Shown here in pieces: positions 25,771 to 36,955 of a stretch of 64,000 bases of DNA (the stretch's first letter is position 1; the number at the start of each line of letters is the position of its first letter). The translations under genes were made by a program, and so were the position numbers. The notes below the pieces were generated by a model, which was not told the DNA's origin, ran no database searches, and saw only the letters and a program-made list of their open reading frames with translations. The DNA comes from Podarcis melisellensis (taxonomy: Eukaryota). The stretch is from the NCBI GenBank assembly GCA_964234715.1, contig OZ174278.1; one strand, 5' to 3'.

Positions 25771-28356
25771 ATCATAGGTCATGTATTATTGTTGAATATT
25801 CCAAGTATGTATAACTATCACTCAAACAGCTCATATGTTGTTTTTTTCTGTCCCAGATAAACACATGGTTACCCCAGTAACTACTATCTCTAAATTCTGG
25901 GATACTAAATTTAAAGTAAAGGGTCCTGCTCAGTATCCTTGCGTATATACAGAGTCAAGAAGGAAGGAATCTGCTAATTTCACAGTTTCCCCTCTTCTCT
26001 CTAATCAGGTAATCGCATAACTGTGTATGTGGATAGCATGGTCAGAGATTATAGGTCCTATTTAGTTGCAACCCAAGAGGTTTCCAGTGTTATAGCAACC
26101 GATCTGTAGGCTCGCTTGTTCAAGAAGTGAATGATAAGATGGTAAACTAAATTGATTCTTTTTATTGGTAATTTTTGCTGTACTAAGGAAGGTGAGATTG
26201 AACGCTAGTAAGTAGCAATGCATTACCTCAGAAGCAGGTCAGGCCCTGTGTAAATGCAGTGTTCCCAATTCCTCTCCCAGGCCACACCTTTCTCTGTATC
26301 AAGGATAAATATTCCTATTCTGTATTTTTATTTGGGTACCATTTGTGTGTTAGCACTAGGATTACTGATTGGCTGAAAACATTTCTCTCCCACCTTTGTA
26401 AAACTAAGGTAGCTCCCAACATTCAGGATAGCATTTACAATGCAGCAACTTGAGGCTAGGTCACATTCTGCTCCTTAAAAGCTTACGTTTTTCTGGGTCT
26501 CCAACAAGCAAGGAATGGCAAGGTTTTCTATGAAAATATTTCCAAAGAACCACAGCACCTAGCGTAAAGGACTCCCTCTCTACCTCTCCTGTATCTATGC
26601 AGGTTGTGTGGTGCAACATCTGTAGCAAGTGACATTAATAGGAAGGTGGAGGAGGCTCCCATGGTAAAAAATGTTTCCTAGGTGGTAATTTTGATAATAA
26701 ATTCTTCTACTATAGTAGGGATATTGAAGTCAACACAATGAAGGCATAACTTTTGCTATTAAAGTGCATATTTTAATTTATCTTATTAGTCAGTTAAAAA
26801 ATGAAATTTAACCTCAGATTCTTAAACCTCACATCGATCTTGCACGTGGCTCACCAATCCTGTCACCTTCACTCCAAGTACCTTGTTAAGCTCTAACTAT
26901 TCATTTAGTGAAAGAAATCTTACCATTAAAGAAGCTGCCACCCCACAGGAATGGACTTGACATGCCTATGGAATTTCAGCCATAACCTCACACTCCAGAT
27001 GTCCCTTTGAACCCCAGGGGGCAAGGTCTCTTCTATGGACATCTTCTCTTGCTTCCTCAGAGCTTACTTGGCATGGACAGTGTCTTGTACCCTTCAAACC
27101 TCATCCACCTCCATTGGGTTAGAGGGTGCTCAGTTTCACTGGGTCAGTGGTACCACTTCAAAGGTGTATACCATCACTGCTATTTTTTTACTTTATACAC
27201 TTAATCAAACAATAGGTGATAGCTATCTAGGACATACTCAGAGCAGATAAACTGCAATCAATTACTTAGGTCTATTATTTCAGTGGGTATACTCTGAATA
27301 TGACTAACAGTGGATATCATCCAATGAGTCTGTAAAGGTTGTAAGATTATATCCAACAATTATTTATCCTCACTTGTTCTATATTTCTGCTCTGTTGTGG
27401 GTATTCCCCATAATACTTCAGATGTGTGTTGTGTTGTGATAGACACCATCGCTGAACACATTTCCAAGTCTTTGTAACAGGTCAAACTTATGTGTGCAAA
27501 TCCCCCAGTCGCCCCATGACCACTAGGCACCCCAGCTTCTTATTCTGCTTCGGAAAAGATAACAGGTCCATATGTGAACTAGCCCTAGCTCTAGAAACTT
27601 CCCAGCCCTTGTGTAGTTAGAGAAAGTAATGTGTGAACCAGGGCAATTTTGATGGCAGGGCACCACTTCCCATCGATGACTCACATATGGGTGTGGGCTC
27701 ACTATGTGAATCCACATGCTCACACAAATGGCATAAATTTGGCCATCAACGTAACTGAACCAGCCTCGTGTGTTACTTTCTACATGTGACTGTATCTACA
27801 AGGCTGTTCCACCTGGGGAATTTTAGGTTATCTGAAGGAGCTCACTCAAGTGTTGAACGATCAAGTAAAGAGAAGCCAAGTGGTTTACATCAATGTGGGG
27901 GGTTTGTCTTTAGATATGGAGTCCTCTGGATTGCATCCATTGTGACCTACATCAGAAACCCAGCATGATTTTGCTCTGAAGATGCACTGGGAGCATCGCA
28001 ACAGTTCTATCATAGAGTTGCAAACATGTGTGCTCATACTGAGTATCTCAACCCACGCACCTTGTGCTACAAAGAATTTTAGGTTATGACCTTTTGCATT
28101 TTCTCAAAAAGTGCTGTTGGAGTCAAGAGGGTGCCAGGTTTCCATACGTAAAATGAGACAGCACTTGACTGAATAGTCAGTCATTGTATGACACACCACA
28201 TTTATGCCATTTCAATATCAAGTTATTTATGTATGCAATTCAGAAAAGACTGCTAGGTCTCTCCAGCCCATTGTATCACACCAACTCAAATTCTCAAAAA
28301 ATAAAAATAAAAATTCAAGACAAAGCCTCAACATTGTACAAAACAACTTCTGAAAC

Positions 28357-28362
28357 TTTATT
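28357..28362 (-). terminator. Candidate polyadenylation signal of a minus-strand host gene
   Basis: AATAAA on the minus strand, followed by GT/T-rich sequence (GTTGTTTTGTACAATGTTG) and preceded by AT-rich, 3'UTR-like sequence with TGTA motifs. Confidence 0.4.
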
Positions 28363-31300
28363 GTGAATTTTTCCCCAAGGTACATTTAGTAAATGATCAT
28401 AGCCTTAAAATCATCAGTTAAAAAATATAAGTTGAAAGAAGTCCACATTTAAGCAAAGTTAAGTTTCAGTACAGACTTTAAAAGTCACAGAATATAAATA
28501 TATACAATTATATGAATGAGATAAAATTGCAATTACATTAGGTTATATATAGATATAGAGATATATTGTAAATAAATAGGGTTTTGATTTGACAGGCATG
28601 AGAGGCATACTGCTTTACATTTAAAGTGTTCAACAAAATGAAGCAAAAAATGGAATGTAGTACAATTTGTAAATACAGTGATTTTTAAAACCTTGTATCT
28701 TTTCTTCTGTCAATATTTAAATTATAATGTACAAATATCAATTTTATAAAGGTCAGCCATTAGCTTTCACCAGCCTTGCAAATAAGTCCAAGAAATGTCC
28801 TAATTCACATATATGGGGTTTTTTTTTTGTCTTGTATCATCCCACCTACCCACACATTTGTGGTATCAAAAAAGCAAAGTTTGTCATGTTTTGCTGTGCA
28901 ATCACCTGCAAGCAATTCCAATTCATCAAGGCAACTGGGCAAGTCGGTATTTGCAAGCCTGGCTTTCACCATCCAAAGCGAAGCATTACTTTGCTATACA
29001 TGTGCTTAGTGAATTTCCAGCCGAGTGGTAGATATAAAGTAGACAAAATATCTCAGATAAATGCATAGAATCTTTTTATCTAAACTACTTACATGATAAA
29101 TACATAGCAACAGGATTGAAATAGAATGAATATCTGAATTTTGCAGCTTTTCCCCCCTTGTAAAATAATGTGTTGAGAAAATGTATTCATTCACCAGTCC
29201 AGTGAACATGTACATACCTTTTTGTAAAATATTGCCTACCCTGTACTGGTACATGGAAGGAGTACACCCCCCACATGAATTGTTATTATTTATGCCATGC
29301 TTTCAAACCATGTTATTACTAATCCATAGTGACCACATCATACACACATAGCAGGAATATGTGCTTATTAACTACTGAGGAATAATAACTGTTGAGTAGT
29401 AAATAATTATATTGGAATTGTTCCAAGTGAGCACAACTGTGTTCTTCTTCTTATTATTTTTTACATTAACTAACATCATGGTATACAAAATGCAAGTCAT
29501 GGGCCAAGGGAGGCTGAGGTGGCAAGCCTATGTGCACTTACCTGAGAGTAAGTTCCATTGAAGTCAATGGGCTTACATCTCAGGAAGATTACACTGCTAA
29601 GTTTCTTTTCTATCCCCAGCCCCCTGTTTAACTGGCATTGGGTAAACAGGTAGATCCATGTTTCACCTATCAATGTCAAGCAGGTGCTGGTATGGCCTAT
29701 TCTTCCCTCCACTTATCTGCCCCAATCCCATAATGAAGATCTGCAGTCAGAAATAGGTTTTGATATATGCAGCTAATGTAGATGAGTAAGTCCATCTTTT
29801 TCATAATACTCACTGGGTCTCCACTGAACTGGCTAGACACATCTTTGGGTGCATGTGGGCATTAACCAACTATTGCATGCAAGACTAGAGCAGGACTATT
29901 TGTTTAGATTGTCAGCAGGAGCAAGGTTCTGTTTTCCACACACTTTTTTCTTCCCAATGTTGATTCTTCAATTTTGAAGCACATTTCTAGACTTTGTCAT
30001 TCTAATTCCCACCCATGCCGCTTCTATCAAAGTATCCCCAAATCGCCCTCCATGTTCTCAGTTTGGTGCTCACCTACTAAATTAGAATGAAGGACAAAGG
30101 ATGAGCTCACAAAATGATCTTAAAAATTGTGTTTATGTGTTTCCAAAGACACAGCATGTATATTCAATTTAACAATTGTTCTCTTCCTTTTCTGCCACAT
30201 TAACAAAATTAAGATGCACTTCAGACTGAAAGACAGGGGCAATCCAATGTGGTTGGAAACACTGCACTTTCATGATTTATTTTTTTAACCTTTTAAAAAA
30301 GGAAAGTATAAAAAGAAACAAAACTCACTAAATCTATAAATTAGCACACCAGGGAGCAAAGTTTGTAGCCTCACCCTCTCCCTGATTGCAAAGAATTTGT
30401 TTCTGTGGAGTAACATTCAAAATTTTGCATGCTTGCACTTTGAAATAATATTGTGTCTCTTTGCACTGCATAATTTTACTGTAGAGTTTTGGTTTTGAGT
30501 CAAGTTGCTTATTCAATTACCACCAATGAAGTTACTGAGTGTCTGGCTCTGTGTGAAGGCAAACATGACTTTTCGAAGAGAGATGGAGGTGGCTTGCTAG
30601 TGCTGCTACTCTCTGGGGTGTGTTCTCTGTTAGACCTGCTTTGAAGTTCCTCACATGGTACAGAGTAAATGAGATAAAAACTACTTGTATTGGTTTTACC
30701 AATAATATCACTAACACAGTGCATGCATTCGGTTCTGCAACTGTTTTTAAAACGTTTATTTTATGTAAGATGTAAAATGTAAAGATGTAAGATGAATGCA
30801 TTGTCACATCTATCCTCTTTTAAAACTGGGAAAATAAATGGCATGCAGCTCCTCTGATGCACAAGGGAGAGGCATGAAAGAGGGCTGACACATCTTCTTG
30901 TCAGGGAAAGCAATTTGCTGAGCCGGCATTTGACTTGCTGCTATATGTATGTCCATAATGTAACAAGTGGTGAAGGGGAGTTCATACTGTGAGTGTAGAA
31001 TACAGGATTGCAGCTTTAAATAGCTTGGAAATAATATTTATCTCACTGTTTTGGGTGGATGGCAGAAGCAGACACGGGGGTGAGGAAATGTGCTGTTTTG
31101 ATTTGTTTTGTACAAAGGAGTCCAATTGTTTCACCTAGCTAAGAAGTAAATGAATGAAAAATGGAGTCATGGATTCAAACATCACACAGTAAGGTTATAT
31201 CACTCATGCTCCACAACCATACTGTGTGCATTGCCAAAACAAGTTGGAAAAGCAGGCATTACTTGGCAGGGACAAAAAGCAAAGCATCTCTACTGAGTCT

Positions 31301-31996
31301 TTTCTAGTTCAAAAATGTGGTTCAGTCCATATTACACTACTTATTGTACAGAGTTTTTCTAACTAAACCAGCTTGTTGTAATGGTCTTACTTGGTTGGTG
31401 GATCGCAGCAAAAAAGGCATCTGGTTTGAAAACTTTCCAAAAATACAACTGGTTATTTGAAGAAATTCCCCCAAGGTATATGTATGTATTAAATATATTT
31501 TAAAGACCACCTCATTTCTATATTGCCCAGCTGCTGAAGCTCTTTGGGCAGTTCAAAAGATAATGCCAGTGTTCACCTTTCCAGAAATCCACTGCTGACA
31601 AACCATAGTTCTGTTATTTGTGCCTTAGAGGGCTTATGCTTATCTGATATAAAAGCTCAGCTACCCCCATCACAGATATTTTCACAATAGTGCTGCATTC
31701 GGTGGAGAAGTTCTTCTCTCTAAGCACAATTGAAATGAACAGGAACCATGCAAGAACACTACCATGCACTTGTGCAGAACATGCTGACCTTAATCATCTT
31801 AAATTGCAACCTGGAAAACAGCATGACCCCCCTGGACCGCAGGCAAAATAATAGAGAGCTATGCTAAATAACAGGAAGCAGCACTGAAGTAGTAAAGTAA
31901 TCAGAATAAAAGCTTATTTCTTCAGCAGCTCAAGCTGTTTCAGCAGAAAGCTCAAAAACCCTGTTGCTATGTCCAAAATCTCCCCTCATTTATATA

Positions 31997-32228
31997 CAGT
32001 GGTACCTCTGGTTACATACGTAATTCGTTCCGGAGGTCCGTTCTTAACCTGAAACTGTTCTTAACCTGAAGCACCACTTTAGCTAATGGGGCCTCCTCCT
32101 ACTGCTGCCGCCGCCGCACCACCACACGATTTCTGTTCTCATCCTGAAGCAAAGTTCTTAACCTGAGGTAATATTTCTGGGTTAGCGGAGTCTGTAACCT
32201 GAAGCGTATGTAACCCGAGGTACCACTG
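31997..32228. mobile_element. pogo/Tigger-type MITE, intact copy of the same family (232 bp)
   Basis: TA-CAGTGGTACCTC...GAGGTACCACTG-TA, with internal TAACCTGA sub-repeats. Confidence 0.92.
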
Positions 32229-33983
32229 TACACACATTTTTCCATGTTTGGGTCTAGAGGACAAGTGTGGCAGCTGGATTTAAATTCAGAAGCCTTTGCA
32301 ACACTGTCCCATATGATGACTGCAAATTGATAAACACATTTACATGTTGGCATGGAGAATATACACAGTGTGATGACACCAAGATGAGCTTCACACATTG
32401 CACAGCCTAGGCAAATATTTGCCTCCACATATGCCCTGGACAATGCCTCAGGCAAGCTGCACATTCTCCACATAAAGACTGTGGCCAATAAATACACAAT
32501 CCAGTTGATAAGGGCAAAAGGCAAGATTCCCTCTTCACACTCACTTTGGCACATTCTTCATGTTTTCATGTGAATGCATACAGTAGTCACCAGTGTTTAT
32601 GGACCTGATGCATTCAACTGGCATTAGTTACAACATATATATCATATTAATCTAAGGACTCAGCTATACAGCTGCAAATGAAATCTTTTAAATTTGCTGT
32701 AAAGTGCAATAAACAAATGTGACGTTAGCTGGTGACAGTGAGCTATGTCAAATTCAATGTATTTTTCAAAATGTTTTTTAAAGCATTTTCACAGCCTTTT
32801 TTTATATGTGTGCAGTTTCCACCCAAATTTCTGATGCAAAATCTACAATTATTGAATTCCTGCATTGAATTTGTGACAATGGTGCTCTTCTACTCTTTGG
32901 GTCATACCTTGGCTTATTAGAGTCTGCAGAGGTCTGTAATGCGTCTAATAAAGGATCTGGGACTACACACTTAATGATGTCACTTTTGTGTAAGAGGGCT
33001 TATAAATACCCAAGCAGGCACAGTCCTGAATGCCCCTTGCCAATGCCCCTTCCCCCTATCATACGACTTTGCAGCAGCAGTGCAGATACTGGAGAGGCAC
33101 TGTCCCCTACTACGCTATTTAGGTCACAACTAACTCCAACATGCGTGAAAATGCAGAATTGTCGCCAACTAGTTTCTGCTCAGGGTAGACCCAGTGACTT
33201 CAATGGACATGCATTAATAAGGTTGACCAATTTAAATAAGTCTACTCTGATTAGAAGATCCTTGGATACAATCCTTAGCTATATGTAGAAAGGCCCCAGG
33301 CCTTAGAGAAGATTATGTGCTGAAAGTCAGGTATCAAGGCTTCGCTGCAATCACCTCTCATCTCAGAGGACTCTTGGGGAGTAAAGCAGGGGGCAGAGAG
33401 GCCATTCTCTGTCATTCAGGTGAGAACATACTCCAAAGCGGGTAGCACTTTTCAGATGTTCTTACTGCTGAAGCTCAATCTTTGGGAGGGAGGGAGGGTG
33501 CACAGCATCGAGAGCGTGGATTCCATCCCCAAATACAACATTTAGCCTCCTGTGACTAAAATAAGCCAACACATATATGCCTGCCTCTGCAGGGTTCTCA
33601 ACCACTTGAGAAGGCTCCAAGGGTAGGTATCACATCCCTGCAGAGGGCCCAGAGCCACTCTTTGGAGACTCCTGGTCCTTCTCAGCCTCTTTGCTGCCAT
33701 TTCTCATCTTTACCTGACACCTCTGAGCATGCAAACAATGGCAAGAGTGAGGCGAAACCGTACTCCCCCCCCCATCCTTGTGCCCTCCCTCTTGAGGGTT
33801 GTTGGGATTGGACCTAGTGGATAAGAACAAGCAGCAAGGCACTGGCATCCTGAAGTGAAGGAACGGGTCCACAGGTGGCACCTTGCTCAAGAACCTACTA
33901 AAGCCCAGAAGCAGCATTGATCATAAGTTCATTTCAGACATGGAAATGAATATGTGTAGATCAGATGTAGATCCTCAGTCCCC

Positions 33984-34006
33984 CTACAGCTCCACAATAA
34001 CAGGAT
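33984..34006 (-). CDS. Candidate coding part of a host terminal exon (phase 1, x-PVIVEL*), gene unidentified
   Basis: Minus-strand acceptor GCCCTTTTCAG, then AT CCT GTT ATT GTG GAG CTG TAG. Followed by about 5.6 kb of repeat-poor UTR-like sequence to the AATAAA at 28357. No upstream exon identified. Confidence 0.3.
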
Positions 34007-35039
34007 CTGAAAAGGGCATGCATTTTAACACATTCCTCATAATGCCTATAGGCTGTTCAGGACATCACTTGTTCCCTAAGTAAGTGTGAATTAGGAAAGT
34101 ATTTGCTTTTTTAACACAGCTGAAATCAACTTGAGTAATTCCTCTTAGTACAGTGCGGTGTTTATCCTTTTAAAAATGGAATGCAGCTTAAGACCACATC
34201 TCCTTTCTGATTTATAAGAGTAGCTGTGACCGTTGAAGTACATGATAGAGATTATTAATAATTACATCTGTATTTTTCAGCCTAATTGGATTTATAAATT
34301 GCACACTAGCCCTCAAGCAAACAGAAAAAGAACAATGTAAACAGAGCATCGTAGAACACTTCTTAACCCAAACAACAACAGCTAAGAAGAGGATGGCTGA
34401 TCTGCCTGTTATTGTTATTTTCATCTTTTTAAATCTTTTTCATCTTTTTCATCTATTTAAAATATATTGTTGAGGTTGAGCAAAACATAATTTGGGGGAC
34501 GGGGAAGCCCATGCATTTGATTTCAGCTGATGTTGGCACATATTTCACGTAGTGCCCCCAACACCCAGTTCTTTTTTTAAAAAGATAGCATCATGCTTGC
34601 AACACAACTGAAACACCTGTGACTTTTTCCTAGCTGAATTGTGTCACAATTCATGCTCTTCTGCACTGGTGCAAAATGTTCTATCTCCCAGACACTTCAT
34701 AAGATAACCTTATGGCAGAAGGTTGCCTACACATGATGCATCCTGAAGAGTGAGCTCAGGGGAAACCCAGTGCTGCACTACTCAAATTTATTCTCAACAA
34801 ATGTTAGGCCTTGATTCTCGTTCTCAAAGTACAGTGGTACCTCGGGTTAAGTACTTAATTCATTCCGGAGGTCCGTACTTAACCTGAAACTGTTCTTAAC
34901 CTGAAGCACCACTTTAGCTAATGGGGCCTCCTACTGCTGCCACGCCGCTGGAACCCCATTTCTGTTCTTATCATGAAGCAAAGTTCTTAACCTGAAGCAC
35001 TATTTCTGGGTTAGCGGAGTCTGCAACCTCAAGTGTATG

Positions 35040-35806
35040 TGTCAGGGTTTCTGGGAGAGAGGAGGAGATGACAGAGGAGACGGAGAGCGAGTGGGAGGAG
35101 GGGCAGAAGGATGAGGAAGAAGATGACGGAATTCTGAGGGAATCCACGAGTCTGAGCAGCGAGTCAGAGGATTCTCAAAAGGGGGTTACCTTAATCAAGC
35201 AAAGGGGAGGAGAAGGGAGAAGCGGAGAGGAGCCCAGTGGAAGACAGAGGAAGCAAGAGACGTCTCAGCCGGAACGGAGTAAAGGGGGTGGAGTCGTCAG
35301 CCTCTCGGAGGGAGCAGGATTAGGAGAGAACAGAGAGAGGGGGTTGGAGCAGGGTGTTCAGCCGGAAAGGGTGGAGAGCAGAGCAGGGGGTGGTGTAGCG
35401 GTCGAAAGAAAGGTCAGCAGCAACGTACGCGCGCCAAGTTCAAACGTAGAGGCGCGCGGAAGTGGAGAGAGCTCAGGGGAGGAGCCCGGCCCTAAAGCCA
35501 GAAAGAGGGGGGAAGAGGCGGCAGAGGATTCAGCCTCAGGCGAGTCACGGAGAGAGGGAACCCAGGGGGGCAGGAAGACCCTGCGGAAAAGAAAGGAGAG
35601 GAAGAGGTGGTCTAGAGCCAGGCTATTAAGTTGGTGCGGAAGAGGGGAGGAGTCAGAGGGGACTTCAGCGGTCTAACGTGGCAGACGTACGGCCACAATG
35701 CTGAACTGTATGAGAAGCAGAAATCTTCAATAAACTTTTCCTGTAAATAAGCTGCAACGGAGTGAGGTCTCTTGTGAGCTGGGACCAGACCTGGGTGGCC
35801 GTGACA
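35040..35806 (+). repeat. 5' LTR (767 bp)
   Basis: Starts TGTCAGGG and ends CCGTGACA. No difference from 40767-41533 found by visual comparison. Confidence 0.97.
35624..35665 (+). promoter_or_regulatory. LTR core promoter: TATA-like box and predicted TSS
   Basis: TATTAA at 35624-35629 stands out in the purine-rich U3. Inr-like TCAG with its A at 35655, 31 nt downstream, coincides with the PBS-complementary 11-mer. Confidence 0.6.
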
Positions 35807-35808
35807 GT

Positions 35809-35819
35809 AAGTCCCCCCT
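35809..35819 (+). promoter_or_regulatory. Primer-binding site of self-priming (Tf1) type
   Basis: No TGG (tRNA CCA complement) after the LTR. AAGTCCCCCCT pairs 10/11 with AGAGGGGACTT (35655-35665) at the predicted transcript start. Confidence 0.72.
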
Positions 35820-35866
35820 CTCAAAGCAAAAATTTTTTTTTGCGAAGCTCACGAACGGGAGCAGCC

Positions 35867-36943
35867 ATGAGCGCTGAGGAGCAGCTGGTTGCATTGCGGA
35901 ATCAGGTTACCGCTCTCACATCGGCAGTCATTGCTTCGCAGAAGAAGAATGACGACTTGGAGAAGACGTGCCAGGATTTGCAGGCAAGGTGGGAGCGCGC
36001 GGACAAGGCGGGGGCCCCAGGATCCAGAGCGGAGGGCATTGCGCTTGGACGGAGGGGGGGTGCCCTAGTTCCGCATTTTAATGGCAACTTGCAAGACTAT
36101 CCCAATTTCAGAGCGGACGTTGTATATGCACTGCACTTACTCCGTCACGATTTTAAAGATGAGGAGGAGAGAGTGGGGTTCATTGTTTCGCACCTGCATG
36201 GGGAGGCCAGGGCTTGGCTACGCAATTTGTGGCGCGAAGATGGACCGGCCCGTCGCGATTCAACTGCGTTCATCAAAGCGATGGATTCTTGTTTTCAATC
36301 CTCTGTGGATGTGGACATTGCGCGCCGTCAAATGCACGGGCTGAGGCAGGGGAAAGCGACTGTGCGCCAATACCACTCTAAATTTTTTGCATTGCTCACC
36401 GCCTTAGATTGGCCAAAGGACAGTAAACCGGTCAGAGATCTTTTTTGGGAGGGATTGAGCCCCCCCATCAAGGATGAGATCGCTAGGGGGGACAGACCCC
36501 AGACCCTAGAAGACGTGGTGCAACGGGCTTTAGCTCTTGGAATTCGACATGAGGGGCGTCCGTGGCATGAGGAGGACGGGCCCCAAGCGCGTGCGCAAGC
36601 AAGGACTCTCCCTTTTGGGCACAGGGACTTCAGCCGTGCGCACCCCTCGCCAATGGGGAAGGACAGAGAGGAGCCAATGGAGATTGGTGGTGCTAGGGCT
36701 CAGAAGCCATCCCAGAGCCCTGTCCCTGGTGCAGCCAAAGCGAAGCCTCCTAGAGGAACCAGGAAGTGTTACATCTGTGACAGTGCGCACCATATGGCGA
36801 AAGAGTGCCCCCAGAGGCTCCAGAAGCACACTGCAGCGCTGGCAACTGTAACAGCAGAGGTGCAACCAGGGGAGCAGCTTCAGGGAAACGACAGTGCCTG
36901 GCTGGAAGCAGAGCTACTGGGGCTCAGCCAGGCGGATCTGTAG
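35867..36943 (+). CDS. gag: Retrotransposon Gag, 358 aa (sushi/PEG10-like)
   Basis: ATG in GCAGCCATGA context at 35867; the ORF-track start at 35762 is a GTG inside the LTR. N-terminal coiled coil, retrotransposon capsid domain (HLHGEARAW, LRQGKATVRQY, FWEGLS), EEPMEIG motif, CX2CX4HX4C knuckle CYICDSAHHMAKEC. Confidence 0.95.
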   Translation: MSAEEQLVALRNQVTALTSAVIASQKKNDDLEKTCQDLQARWERADKAGAPGSRAEGIALGRRGGALVPHFNGNLQDYPNFRADVVYALHLLRHDFKDEEERVGFIVSHLHGEARAWLRNLWREDGPARRDSTAFIKAMDSCFQSSVDVDIARRQMHGLRQGKATVRQYHSKFFALLTALDWPKDSKPVRDLFWEGLSPPIKDEIARGDRPQTLEDVVQRALALGIRHEGRPWHEEDGPQARAQARTLPFGHRDFSRAHPSPMGKDREEPMEIGGARAQKPSQSPVPGAAKAKPPRGTRKCYICDSAHHMAKECPQRLQKHTAALATVTAEVQPGEQLQGNDSAWLEAELLGLSQADL

Positions 36944-36955
36944 ACAAGCCCCCAG
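36883..36955 (+). promoter_or_regulatory. -1 programmed ribosomal frameshift signal: slippery G GGA AAC plus predicted H-type pseudoknot
   Basis: GGGAAAC at 36883-36889 in the correct gag phase, with pol in the -1 frame. 6-nt spacer. Stem 1 GCCTGGCTG (36896-36904) / CAGCCAGGC (36925-36933). Stem 2 loop CTGGGG (36917-36922) / CCCCAG (36950-36955). Confidence 0.88.

Noticed and set aside
35068-35676. 202-aa ATG ORF in the 5' LTR as an independent gene
   Set aside because: It is the U3 copy of the pol tail and lies almost entirely upstream of the predicted TSS, so it would not be on the element transcript. Only the 3' LTR copy is plausibly translated.
36805-36888. ORF-track N-terminus of pol (MPPEAPE...)
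   Set aside because: It starts at GTG, overlaps gag and lies upstream of the slippery site. Pol is better explained by -1 frameshifting.
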